Positions 51,320 to 63,232 of a DNA stretch of 64,000 nucleotides are shown here, piece after piece. The DNA is from Heptranchias perlo. Taxonomy: Eukaryota. Location: the NCBI RefSeq assembly GCF_035084215.1, contig NC_090331.1:55366001-55430000 (forward strand). Reading direction: 5' to 3'. Both the position numbers and the translations under genes were made by a program. The notes beneath the pieces were generated by a model. That model was not told the origin of the DNA, made no database searches, and saw nothing but the letters and a program-made list of their open reading frames with translations. Within the stretch, counting starts at the first letter, position 1, and every line of letters begins with the position of its first letter.

Positions 51320-51800
51320 CATCCTCCACCTTCATAAAATGCATTTTTTCCAAAATGCAGCTGCTTGTAAACTATCTCACACTAAGTCCTACTCGCCCTC
51401 TACCCTTTGCTGGCTTACATTAGATTCCTGTCCTCCAAAGATTGAATTTGAAATCCTTATCCTCACCTTCAAATCCCTCCATGACCATGTCCCACTTTAT
51501 TTTTCCAACTTCCTTATATTTCCTCCTTCACCCTTCTTCCAACTGACTCTTATGAGTTTCCCTCCATCCATTCATAATTGATGATAGAGCCTTCAACTAC
51601 TTCAGCCTTACCTTTTTGGAACTGCATCCCTAAACCCCTCCATTTCTCTCTCCACCTCTGAAAATCTTCTCAAAACCCATCCTTTTGACCAGACTTTCAG
51701 CCACCTTTCTTAATTCATGGCTTGGCATTTGTTCCTTTATTTTACGCTTCACCCTCTATAAAATGCCTCGAGACATTTTCTATGTTAAAAGTGCTTTCTA
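51320..51800 (+). mobile_element. L2 3' fragment
   Basis: CCAAAATGCAGCTGC, TTCAAATCCCTCCATG, tail GACATTTTCTATGTTAAAAGTGCT. Confidence 0.7.
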
Positions 51801-52274
51801 TTTATCAATTTTAAAGAATGTTTCCTGGGAGGTATCACTGCAAGCATTCCCATCCCAAATAGGAGCTTTCAGTTGGCAATTGCAGTAGCAGTTGGTGATT
51901 GAATTGCCAGCTCAAAGTGATCAGCAGTAAAGGGCTGCGGAATCCTACCTCTGCAAATAGTGATCTGTTTATTATCATTAAAGTCCATCATACCCCCAAG
52001 AAAAGCCCTTGAGCGTATTCTGCACCTGTTCAATGTATATGACATAATGAATAGTCTTGTTATCTACCATAAAAAGAGTCTCACCTGCATCATATTGTCC
52101 CACTAACAGCAGCTGTATCACATTGCAGAGTTAAAGGGTCATGAGGCTCAGACCATGACAAAATGGTAAATTTAAATCTATTAAAAACAGCAGAGTACAT
52201 AATGAAAGAAAACATAACTTTAAATCATGGTGCAGGGCTGTAGTGTTTAAGGTTTAAATGATTTGTAAGCCATT

Positions 52275-52378
52275 CAAGTTGCCAACCACTGGAAACAATC
52301 TATCACAATTTACCCTATCATAATCTTCAAGACCTTTATTAGGTCACACCTGAACCTAATAAAGGTTTTCAAGATTAT
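52275..52378 (-). mobile_element. old CR1 fragment; continues at 55835-55945 beyond the younger CR1
   Basis: Minus strand DLIKVLKIMIG..FPVVG; continuation IEKVQYRFTRMSPVIRSYSSEERLEKFG at about 55860-55945. Confidence 0.6.
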
Positions 52379-55300
52379 ACAAACAAACGAACATACGAAT
52401 TAAGAGCAGGAGTAGACCATTCGGCCCCTTGAGCCTGTTCTGCCATTTGATAAGATCATGGCTGATCTGATTGTGACCTCAACCCTACTTTCCCATCTAC
52501 CTACTATAATCGTTGACTCCCTTGTTAATCAAGAATCTATCTAACTCAGCCTTAAAAATATTCAATGACCCTGCCTCCACTGCTCACTGGGAAAGGGAGT
52601 TCCAAAGACTCATGACCCTCTGAGAGAAAACATTTCTCCTCATCTCCATCTTAAATGGGAGACCCCTTATTTTTAAACTGTTGCCCCTAGTTCTAGTCTC
52701 TCCCACAAGGGGAAACATCCTCTCACCATCTACCCCTTCTAGTCCCCTCAGGATCTTACATGTTTCAATAAGATCACTTCTCATTCTTCTAAACTCCAAT
52801 GTATACAGGCCCAACTTGTCCGACCTTTCCTCATAAGATAACCCCCTCATCCCAGGAATCAGTCGAGTGAACCTTCTCTGAACCGCCTCTAAAGCAATTA
52901 TGTCCTTTCTTAAATAAGAAGACCAAAACTGCACACAGTATTCTAGATGTGGCCTCACCAATGCCCTGTACAACTGTAGCAAAACATCTTTACTTTTATA
53001 TTCCATTCCCCTTGCAATAAATGGCAACATTCCATTTGCCTTCCTAATCACTTGCTGTACCTGCATACTAACTTTTTGTGATTCATGTACTAGGACACCC
53101 AGATCCCTCTGTACCTCAGAGTTCTGCAATCTCTCTCCATTTAAATAATGTACTGCTTTTCTATTCCTCCTGCCAAAGTGGACAAGTTCACATTTTCCCA
53201 CATTATACTCCATCTGCCAAATTTTTGCCCACTCGCTTAACCTATCTATATCCCTTTGCAGACTTCTTATGTCCTCTTCACAATTTACTTTCCTACCTGC
53301 TGTGTGCAGTTTTGGTCTCCTTATTTAAGAAAGGACATAATTGCTTTAGAGGCGGTTCAGAGAAGGTTCACTCAACTGATTCCTGGGATGAGAGGGTTAT
53401 CATATGAGGAAAGGGTGGACAAGTTGGGCCTGTATACACTGGAGTTTCGAAGAATGAGAGGTGATCTTATTGAAACATATAAGATCCTGAGGGGACTAGA
53501 AGGGGTAGATGCTGAGAGGATGTTTCCCCTTGTGGGACAGACTAGAACTAGGGGCCACACTTTAAAAATAAGGTGTCTCCTATTTAAGACGGAGATGAGG
53601 AGAAATTTTTTTGCTGATGACAACTTTGTGTCATCAGCAAATTTAGCAACCATACATTCGGTCCCTTCATCCAAGTCATTGATATAGATTGTAAATAGTT
53701 GAGGCCCAAGCACTGATCCCTGTGGCACTCCACTCATTACATCTTGCCAACCTGAAAATGACCCATTCATGCCTACTCTCTGTTTCCTGTTAGCTATCCA
53801 ATCCTTTATCCATGCTAATATGTTACTCCATACATCATGAGCTCTTATTTTGTGTAGTAGCCTTTGATGTGGCACCTTGTCAAAAGCCTTCTGGAAATCC
53901 AAGTACACCATATCCACAGGATCCCCTTTATCCACGTTGCTTGTTACTTCCTCAAAGAACTCTAATAAATTAGTCAAACACGATTTCCCTTTCAGAAAGC
54001 CGTGTTGACTCTGCCTGATTGCATTGAGATTTTCTAAGTGCCCTGCTATAATCTCCTTAATAATAGATTCTAGCATTTTCCCTATGGCAGATGTTAAGCT
54101 AACTGGCCTGTAGTTTCCTGCTTTCTGTCTCCCTCCTTTCTTGAATAGAGGAGTTACATTCGCTATTTTCCAATCTAATGGGACCCTTCCAGAATCTAGG
54201 GAATTTTGGAAAATTAATACCAATGCATCTACTATCTCTGCAGCCACTTCTTTTAAGGTCCTAGGATGAAGTCCGTCAGGACCTGGGGACTTGTCAGCTT
54301 TTAGTTCTAATATTTTTTTCAGAACACTTTCCCTGGTGATTGTAAATGTTTTAAGTTCCTCCCTCCCTTTCACCTCTTCATTCACAATTATTTCTGGCAT
54401 GTTATTTGTATCCTCTACAGTGAAGACGGACGCAAAATATCTGTTCAATTCATCCGCCATTTCCTTATTCTCCATTATTAATTCCCCAGACTCACTCTCT
54501 AGAGGACCAACGCTCACTTTATTTACTCTTTTCCTTTTTAAAAACCTGTAGAAACTCTTACTATCTGTTTTTATATTTCTAGCTAGCTTTCTCTCGTACT
54601 CTGATTTCTCTCTCCTTATTATTCTTTTAGTCATTCTTTGCTGTTTTTTATATTCTGTCCAATCTTCTGACCTGCCACTAATCTTCGCAGAATTGTATGC
54701 TTCTTCTTTCAATTTGATACTGTTTTTAACTTCCTTAGTGAGCCACAGGTGGCACATCCTTCCCCTAGAGTCTTTCTCACTGGAATGTATCTTTGCTGAG
54801 TGTTATGAAATATCTCATTAAATGTCTACCACTGCATCTCTACTGACATATCCCTTAACCTAAGTTCCCAGTTCACTTTAGCCAGCTCTGTCTTCATGCC
54901 CTCATAATTGCCCTTATTTAAGTTTAAAACACTAGTCTAAGTCTTACTGTTCTCTCCCTCAAACTGAATGCGAAATTCAATCATATTGTGATCACTGCTA
55001 CCTAGAGGCTCCTTTACAATGAGGTCATTAATTAATCCTGTCTCATTACACTTTACCAAATCTAGAATAGCCTGCTCTCTGGCTCTAGAACGTGCTGCTC
55101 TAAGAAACTGTTCTGAAAGCACTCTATGAACTCATCTTCCAGGCTACCTTTGCGAATCAGATTCCTCCAATCTATAAGTAGATTAAAATCACCCATGATT
55201 ATCACTGTTCCTTTCTCACAAGCCCCCATTATTTCTTCCTGTATACCCTGTCCTACAGTGTGGTTACTGTTATTACTGTTATGGGGCCTATAAACTACTC

Positions 55301-55834
55301 CCACAAGTGACTTCTTGCCTTTACTATTTCTTATCTCTACCCAAACTGATTCTACATCTTGGTCTTTAGAACGAAGGTCATTTCTTTCTATTATACTCAT
55401 GTCATCCTTAATTAACAAAGCTACCCCTCCACCTTTTCCTAGCTTCCTATCCTTCCGAAATGTCAAGTGCCCTTGAATATTCAGGTTCCAGCCTTTGTCA
55501 TCTTGCAGCCATGTCTCTGTAATGGCTATCAGATCGCACATATTTATTTCTATTTGAGCTGTCAATTCATCCATTTTGTTACAAATGCTACGCGCATTCA
55601 GATACAAAGCCTTTAGTGCTGTCTTTTTAGTATTTTTGCAACCTCTAGCCTTATCTGCTGGCGCACTCTTAAGTTTGCATGCTCTGTCCCTTCCTGCCAC
55701 TCTCTGATTATCATTTCCCTTATTGCTACCTTGCTCTCTTGCCTTGTCTTCTTTCTTTAATTTATCACATCTTCCCTTACATGATCCCTTGCCCCCACTA
55801 TTTAGTTTAAAGCCCTCTCTTCCGCCCTACCGCA
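52379..55834 (-). mobile_element. 5'-truncated CR1 LINE (ORF2 APE+RT pseudogene)
   Basis: [84 protein letters not shown]; frameshifts; CR1 3' UTR at 52380-52500. Confidence 0.95.
53299..53622 (+). repeat. inverted copy of the CR1 ORF2 3' segment inserted inside the same CR1
   Basis: Plus-strand CVQFWSPYLRKD..EMRRNFF mirrors minus-strand 52630-52940; 13-bp hairpin at the right junction. Confidence 0.9.
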
Positions 55835-56254
55835 ATGATAGGGTAAATTGTGAAAATGCCCGAACTTCTCAAGTCTCTCTTCAGAACTGTAACTCCTTAT
55901 CACCGGTGACATCCTGGTGAATCTATACTGCACCTTTTCTATTCCTTGGGTCCCCGGCAGCGGCCTGCTGCTGGGCGATTTCTTGCTTCCGTCCACCGGT
56001 CATTCCCGCCAAGCATCAGCGAGTCGGAGCAAGCCTGCCACTTACCCCACACCCACCCCCACCCCCACCCTCCCCACGCTGACCTCTCACCCGAGTTAAA
56101 ATTGGTGCTATAATCTTGGATTTTAGCTCAGTAGCTGTAGCAAAATTCCAAATATTATCTACTCACACTAACACTGGAAAATTACCAGTTCATGTTGCCA
56201 CATTATTCCACAAAATATTTCAAAGCTCCACCAATAACTCAACGAGTACATCCA

Positions 56255-56532
56255 GTAAACAACTAAGCCATACAGTCTAGGAAGGTGCCAGGTTCAGTTC
56301 CGAGTCTGTGCTGAACTATCTCAGGTGGTGTAATAGTAGGGATGGTACAATTTTTCCCAATGCCAATGGACCAGGGAGGAAAATCTGCTCCTGATCACTA
56401 TTCAATGACCCCCCCCCAATGGGAGTGTAGACACCTGGTGAGGAGACTATTGGGCATGGCTGAAATGTCCCCCATAGATGAATAGTCTCTGGATGCTCAC
56501 TGTTAAGTATCAAATATGAATAAAGATTACTT
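56255..56532 (+). mobile_element. AmnSINE2-like SINE
   Basis: GGAAGGTGCCAGGTTCAGTTCCGAGTCTGTGCTGAACTATCTCAG..GCTCCTGATCACTATTCAATGACCCC. Confidence 0.6.
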
Positions 56533-56684
56533 GGGGATAATTTTGACCTTGTGTGATAGTGTAAAATGGGTGAAAGCGAATGAGGATTGACTTAAATGGA
56601 AATAAAAATCGGGAGAGATGTAAATCGAGTTGCCGATTCGCTATCACCCGTTTTACATTATCGCACAAAGTCAAAATCTACTCC
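56533..56684. mobile_element. palindromic Harbinger-type MITE
   Basis: About 49-bp imperfect TIRs GGGGATAATTTTGACCTTGTGTGATAGTGTAAAATGGGTGA / TCACCCGTTTTACATTATCGCACAAAGTCAAAATCTACTCC; CTT TSD. Confidence 0.85.
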
Positions 56685-57239
56685 CTTTGTGTGATGTACA
56701 AACAATCACATAAATCAGAACTTCAGTAAAAATATACTGCCTACATAATGCAAAATATTGTGTTTTAAGACATGAATTATTAATGTCAATGCCTACCAGC
56801 GTAATATTAAATTGTTACATGAATTTAAAGTCACTCTAAACAATACAATTGCTCAATATCTTGCTGCACCTGCCACCACTCACTTTAAATCATATAAAAA
56901 TGTAAATAAGGTTCACTTTTTGTAGCTGTAGGAACATGTAAATTACACTGTAAAATACGAAAGGTTACCAATGTTAATTAATTTTGTTGCTTTCTATTCA
57001 ATAAGTCTGTAATTCATTACTGATTTCACCATTAGCATTCACATGCAATGTACTGTATATCTTGATGTGAAATGTGTGCAGTCCTAGTGGCTAATTAAGA
57101 TCAAACAAGTTTTTATACTAATACTAAACTTAATACAATTAATAAACTAAAACTTTTTATTGAACAATCTTGGTGAAGGCCCACAGTACAGGGTATTGCC
57201 AAGATAGAAATGTGTGGTAAAGAAGATGAAGCAAGTCAA

Positions 57240-57440
57240 GTGGTTAGATAACAGCAAGCCTGTATTTTAAAAGTCTGTACAGTAAGTTAAATGAGGAAGG
57301 GAAGCCTGAGGGAGGGAAGAGGTTCCACAGTTTCGAGGTCTTAGAAAAGAATGAGTTGGAGTAGGAGACTGAGCAATGAGACTTGATTTTGACAGGTGAG
57401 AGTACAGGGAGGAGGAAGATTGGAGAATGGCATCGTTGAA
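57240..57440 (-). mobile_element. 3' fragment of the decayed Zenon-like LINE family
   Basis: SYSNSFFSKTSKLWNLFPPSGFPSSFN matches the 20360-20460 segment. Confidence 0.6.
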
Positions 57441-57599
57441 GCAAAGAAACAAATTAGCTCTCATTATGTAAACTCACATCACACCCAGAGCATTCCCTTC
57501 AATTGGTATTTTTAAGGTTTTTTGCTCTGCCAGCAAAATAAAACATTCAGGATGTTGTTCTAACCAGCAGTAATGTCATGAACTTTGATGAAAACACTG

Positions 57600-58178
57600 G
57601 GGAGTAAATCAGGTGGCCGACTGGTGGAGCGCGCTGGCCGACCAACAAATCCTGCCAGCGGGAGGCCCCGTCCATTTTGAGGGCTGCCCTCATTATGATT
57701 CCAATGGCGAGTTACGGGCACCCAATGGGCACCCCGCTGCAGCTAGCCGACTCCAGGCTGGTGCAATATTGGGCGGCCTGGAGACTGATATGGCCATCAA
57801 GAAGGTAAGTCCGGGGCGGGATGTAATTGCGGAGGGGGTGGGGGGAGTGTGGGATGGCAGCGGCCTGCATCATTCTTGTGGAGCCCGAAGAAACACACCT
57901 GCATCTCCTAGCCCCACAAAAATAATTTTAAACTTACCTTTCTGATGACTCTTTTGTTGTATTGTTCATCAAAATTGCAATCAGGTTGCTATGTACAGCA
58001 TAAGACTCCAATTTGCATATTAGAAGCCCCAGCATCTGAAATAGGCAGCTCTCCGGCCACCCAGCAGAAGGCCCCTTTGAGGATGGCTATCCCCGGAGCA
58101 CTGCCATAACCAGACAGTAAGCCATTTTCGGGCTGCTACCATCCCTTTATGCCGGACGGCCTAAGTTAAAATCTACTC
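57600..58178. mobile_element. Harbinger-type MITE
   Basis: GGGAGTAAAT ... AAAATCTACTC ends, possible CTG TSD, GC-rich, shared internal hairpin/donor core. Confidence 0.6.
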
Positions 58179-59282
58179 CTGAGTCTCTTCAATAATTTAA
58201 AAGGACATCATAGCAATTCTAAGGTCTTCATTTTGAAGATTGCCCATTACTCTTAACATTAAAGCACTGAACTCCCACTCAGCAGTTGTCCAGGTCAAAT
58301 TCTGGCCCTGCCCTTTACTAGGTGATTTCTCAACTGTTCAGGCAGAAAGATGTACTGCAACATCTCCAAGGGAAGAGAGTCCTCCCAATCAAGAAGGGGC
58401 ACTAACTGTAACAGCGGAAACATGTACTCATCACCTCTAGGATCTGGAATCACTTTCAACCCAGACTTTCCAGCCCTCACATTCCTAAGCTTGCAAAGCC
58501 CAAACAAAATCACTGCCAAAAAGCTTGAAAGAAAGAAAATTAGTTGGAACGGGAAAGAGTAATTAACCTTGCTCTATCATTCAATGCCTCTTACAGGACT
58601 TGTACAAACCATTTCCAGCAAATAAAATCTTAATCAATGAAATATTTATGAATTTGGGTCTATTGCAGGTACCTACTCAGGGTCAGGGTCAATCATTCCC
58701 TTAAGTGGTCTGGTTACCTCTTTTTTTGCAGAAGTTGAGTCCCACTGCCCTGTATGTGTTTCCTTGTGATCAGATGGGGTCTCCCTGTCTTAGCAGCATG
58801 TACTCATTTAATATTTCTGAAGGCAGACTGGGTTAACACTATATTTTAGTTTTTCAATCTTCACAAAGTGTACACATATTTTACACTTTATATCGATTAT
58901 ATGGTGTGCATATATTTTACACTTTATATAATCTACAGAAAATGTGCGCATTTTCTTTTGCAATTTTTCCCTTCAAACTTCACCTGAACAGCAGACAATC
59001 TAATAGGCAGCGGATTGTTTCTAAAGAAAGTAGAAGAAAAACAGGAAGGCAACATGTGTAAATTAGAGAGGCTGTGCATTTCAACATCCCTTAATGGCAG
59101 CCAATGGAGGGGGGCAGGTGCATCTGTCGCCTGCCCTCCCCCCACTATCTGTTTGGGGGCATGTCCTGGTTGCTTCTCGAGATCCACCAAGAATCTCACC
59201 AGTTACAGCAGCAATGTGGCCAACGGTGCATAGGCAGCAGAAAGCAGGCTTAGTGCCATACTAGGCCACATGATTGATGCCA

Positions 59283-59548
59283 GATCATCCCTTTTGTCAT
59301 TTAATCACTCCTGCCTTCCACCCTATCACAGTCCTTCCCTTTTGTTCTTTCTTCCCCCTCCCACCTTCCCCCCACCCCCTCCCCCCAACCCCCGCTTTTC
59401 CCTGGCTCTGCATTTGCTTATAAATTGTCAATCTCTAACATCTTCCAGTTTTGATGAAAGGTCATCGACCTGAAATGTTAACTCTGTTTTTCTCTCCACA
59501 GATGCTGCCTGACCTGCTGAGTGTTTTCCAGTATTTTCTGTTTTTACT
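59283..59548 (+). mobile_element. Penelope terminal fragment
   Basis: Reverse-complement homologue of about 16143-16390 (GATGCTGCCTGACCTGCTGAGT..CCAGTATTTTCTGTTTTTA). Confidence 0.8.
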
Positions 59549-59709
59549 TCTACCCTTGTGTTTGGTTGAACTAGCTGACAGTTACAATTAGTCACCCTTC
59601 AAATAGATCTGATAGAGTATATCTAAATTCAACTGTTGGCTACATGTGAAACAATGGGATGGTGTGTTTCTGTTTCTCCCTATCAACGTTCTCAATAAAT
59701 CTAGACCTT

Positions 59710-60303
59710 GGGGTAGAAATCGGTATCCATTACGCCCATTTTTCGGGTGCGAAATGGGTGCAAAGTGTACCAATTTAGCAGAGGGACAGCCTACACCCAA
59801 TCTGCACAGGTGTTGGTCCCATTTTTTAAGTGTCTCAGACGGATGGATAAAATGGCCGTTAGGCTCCTTGAATATGTTAATGAGGGGCCTACCCACTCAG
59901 GATTCTTCAGCGCTCCACCCCCTCCCCCCCACCGCCGCCACCCCCGGCCACCACCTGAAGGTAAGTTTTTTTTTAAATGTTTTTGAAAAACCATCCTGTG
60001 GAGCCAAGCAGGAGTGCTCCTCTGAATCCACAGGCATTGCAATCGTTCGCCACCCCACTCAGAGCCCATTCCAACCCCCCTCCTGGGATTACCTGAGGGC
60101 CGCTGCCGACGAGGCAGGTGGCCTGAAATTGTGTTTTCTCGTCAAGCAAGCTGTCTGTGGAGGCACGACCAGCACTGGCAGCTCTCTCCAAGTATGCAGA
60201 TGAGGCCCGAGGACCAATTTCTATCGATCCTTTTGCCTTTTGGTTTGGGCTCGTGCAGCACCTAGGCCGGGCCCACAAACAGGCCCAGACTAATTTCTAC
60301 CCC
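59710..60303. mobile_element. Harbinger-type MITE
   Basis: Perfect 11-bp TIR GGGGTAGAAAT/ATTTCTACCCC, CTT TSD. Confidence 0.85.
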
Positions 60304-60518
60304 CTTGAATTCCATACAATGAACTGCTGAAATCTAAAAATATTGTTTTATTTTACAAAATGCTGGTAAGCTGCTTTTTGATCATCGAGATATGTAATGT
60401 CAGTGCTGGAGAACGTTTTAAATTGTTGTCACCTCTAGCAGAAAACACTTCCAGGTCAGATCTGTCACAGCCCGTTAAAAGCCAAAGCTAGCCCTGTTCC
60501 TCGCTAACAACATGCATT

Positions 60519-60537
60519 AAGTGCCCCCTGCTGTCTG
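60519..60537 (-). promoter_or_regulatory. candidate CTCF site
   Basis: Reverse complement contains GACAGCAGGGGGCACT, close to the CTCF core. Confidence 0.4.
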
Positions 60538-60897
60538 AGTGTGCGTTTTTCCATTTTCCATGCTAGAAAGTCTATGTAAGATTGCAAATTTAGTGCTAAA
60601 TTATAGGCAGTTCTGTGATTTGGACCCAAGAAACTGGATTGAGATTGCCCGAATTAATTTTATTTAGGACCCTCAGCCAGAAAAAAGAGACTTTTATCTC
60701 ATTAGTCTAGGCTGGAGTCAAATCTAAACCTCAGAACAGAAAGGATAGTGTTCTAACCAACTACTCCACTCAGCCAAAAAAATTATATTATTTCACATTT
60801 TGCATACATATTATTATTTTAAGATTTTAAAACATCTACATTTTTACAACTCCAAACAATTAAAATGCAGAAATGTAAATTTGTCGCCTTTTTCAGC

Positions 60898-61288
60898 CAA
60901 GTGGAAATTTGTCTGGGCCCGTTTTCAGGCCCAGAATATACTGCGCAGACAGCCCGATGCCGATCCAAAATTGGGCCTTGGGCCTCATTTCAATAAGTTT
61001 GATGAGCTTCTGGCGCCTATCGCGCCTCCACAGAGATCTTGCCTATTTCAGCTTTTTGAATTTCGGGCTGCCTGCCTTGATGGCAGCGGCCCTAAGGTAA
61101 CTCTCGGTGGTGGGGGGAGGAGGGCACGATCGTGATAATGTAGAGTAGGGGGGTGGGGGGGGATTCTCCTGCTCCTCCTAATTCCACATGAATGATTTTT
61201 AAAAGCTTTTTCTAAAAAACAATTTACCTTTTTGTTAGAAGCCAATGTGGCCCGTAAAACAGGCATAACAAAGTCCAATTTCTACCCC
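60898..61288. mobile_element. MITE related to 59710-60303, opposite orientation
   Basis: Right end AATTTCTACCCC; left GTGGAAATTTGTCTGGGCCCGTTT mirrors AAACAGGCCCAGACTAATTTCTAC. Confidence 0.7.
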
Positions 61289-62669
61289 ATAGTGTGATAA
61301 CTGTCCTGTTAGTAATGATGTCACACAGTGTCATTGTCAACAAACTGAATGTAAATACAGAAATTCCTGACAATTATTTAATTCTCTATTTTATATTGTA
61401 ATCAGAATACTCCTGGCATGTATTTTGCTTTCTAATAGCTGTTGTAAGACTATAACTGTTAGTAATTACTTTTTCAATGTATGTGCCAAAAATTGTGTTT
61501 CCTGGTTTTAACCTTGGGAACTGAGGACCTTTTGAACAAAAGAAAAACAGACAAAGGTTCCTCTGAAAGATTTGATGTGAAAACAGCAAACATTTAAGTA
61601 CAGTGACCTTCGAGCAGGCTCTTGAGGAAGTGGAGCAGTAGAGGAAAAGGAAGCTAATTTGTCACCCAGGTCACCACTGCCCAAATGAGGTCAATGTCCC
61701 TCATCGTGTATTAAAGCACATGGCGGAAGCTGTCACAGTCACACAGCACTTCTGGCACTGGATCTTAATAACCAAACTCTAATGGGAGTTTCCATCCAAC
61801 TGGGAAGCATGTGGAAATATGAAGCACACAATGATCAAATGAGAGACTTGCGTAACATGAAAAATATATCCTGTATTATGAAATTATGAATAGGAAAGAA
61901 GCTTTGAATTTACATGCTTTTAAAGGAACCACATCCCTTTTGTCACCCTACCTATTTTTAAACCTTTCAAGATATTCAGTTCACACAGATATCAGTGTAC
62001 GGCTTTCACAAAAACATCCCTCACACTTTCTCAAAACTCTCCATTTAACCATTTAACTACTGGAAATTTGTTTCTTTCTCAAATCTTCATTTGTTACAAG
62101 TTTGTGACACATTTCTTAAACACCTTTGTGAATCTGTTCAGTGTGACCTGCTGTTCCTGATTATGCATATTTAAAATGTAAACAACATTTTATAAATGTT
62201 GTAATTTCAATGGCTTTGCGATATGTTTCTGAATGCAATTATGTGAATTGGAAATTTTTTTACAAAAATGTGTTGTTTGATATCACAAACATACTTACTG
62301 TGTGATTATGAAAAAGAAGCAATGAAGAAATAATAGTAATAAATTTAACAAAAATCAGTAGTTAAATGTCACGGAGCCATTTTTGAGGCATCCCTCACCT
62401 TAACACATAATATATGCTTTAGCTGATTACAGAATATAATTTGAATTCAACTGCAATCTTCTACAGTCTTAATATTTGTCTATTAGATTCTCGAAGAATG
62501 GAAGAGATTGTAGAAAAATATATTGGACACCATTTTAAGACAAGACTGCATGAAATTGTGGAAGAATATATAGATTTGATCATGTACATTGATTGATCTG
62601 ATAATGTCACCATGAGATGTAAAGTAATTCCTGTTCATGGTAAAGATTTAATGTAACTTTAACAACACA

Positions 62670-63232
62670 ATTCCGGGATTGAGGAGTTGGAGCCATTTTG
62701 AGGTTTGGGCCTCATTTAAATGCAACCGGCGAGCTGCATCAGGACACTCATTTGATGTTTCAAGCCTGAAGAATTTCAGCCAGCTCTTAGGCCAAGTTGG
62801 CCTGCCGGGGGCGGGCGGGGGGGGGGGAGGCAAAGCCAAGGTCAACAGAAACGAGCAGTATTTTATGTGGAGCTAAGAGAAGCATTCCCTCTAGCGCCAC
62901 AAAAATATAACTTTGAAAAACTTTTAGGGCCATTCTGGGTGCAGCCAGCAGCGGTCCCTTTGAGGACTGCTGCTTAGGCCACTCAACGCCAGGATACATA
63001 GGCAGGCTGTGCATGACACAGGCTCCGCCAATGTGTCCCGTAAGATTACAATCGGGATCCTAACGATGTCCTAGGACCCCGGTCCTACCACCAGAAACAG
63101 GTGGGTGCTCTGGCCACCCCCAGAGAAGGGAAGGCCCCTTTTAAAATGGCGACAGCCAGAGTATCAACATTACCCCCATTTTGAGGTTGTTTCCTCCCAT
63201 TTAATTCCGATTTTGGACTGTTAAAATCGGAC
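62670..63232. mobile_element. degraded GC-rich MITE of the same superfamily
   Basis: GGGCCTCATTTAAAT, TGTGG..CCACA hairpin core, TTAAAATCGG end; boundaries approximate. Confidence 0.5.

Noticed and set aside
53256-53687. Independent plus-strand 143-aa gene
   Set aside because: It is the inverted CR1 ORF2 segment plus flanking antisense sequence.
58873-58931. Short direct repeat ATATTTTACACTTTATAT, two copies
   Set aside because: Simple local duplication, not an array.
59646-60203. 185-aa ORF
   Set aside because: Lies almost wholly within a GC-rich MITE, has a non-ATG start and no domain.
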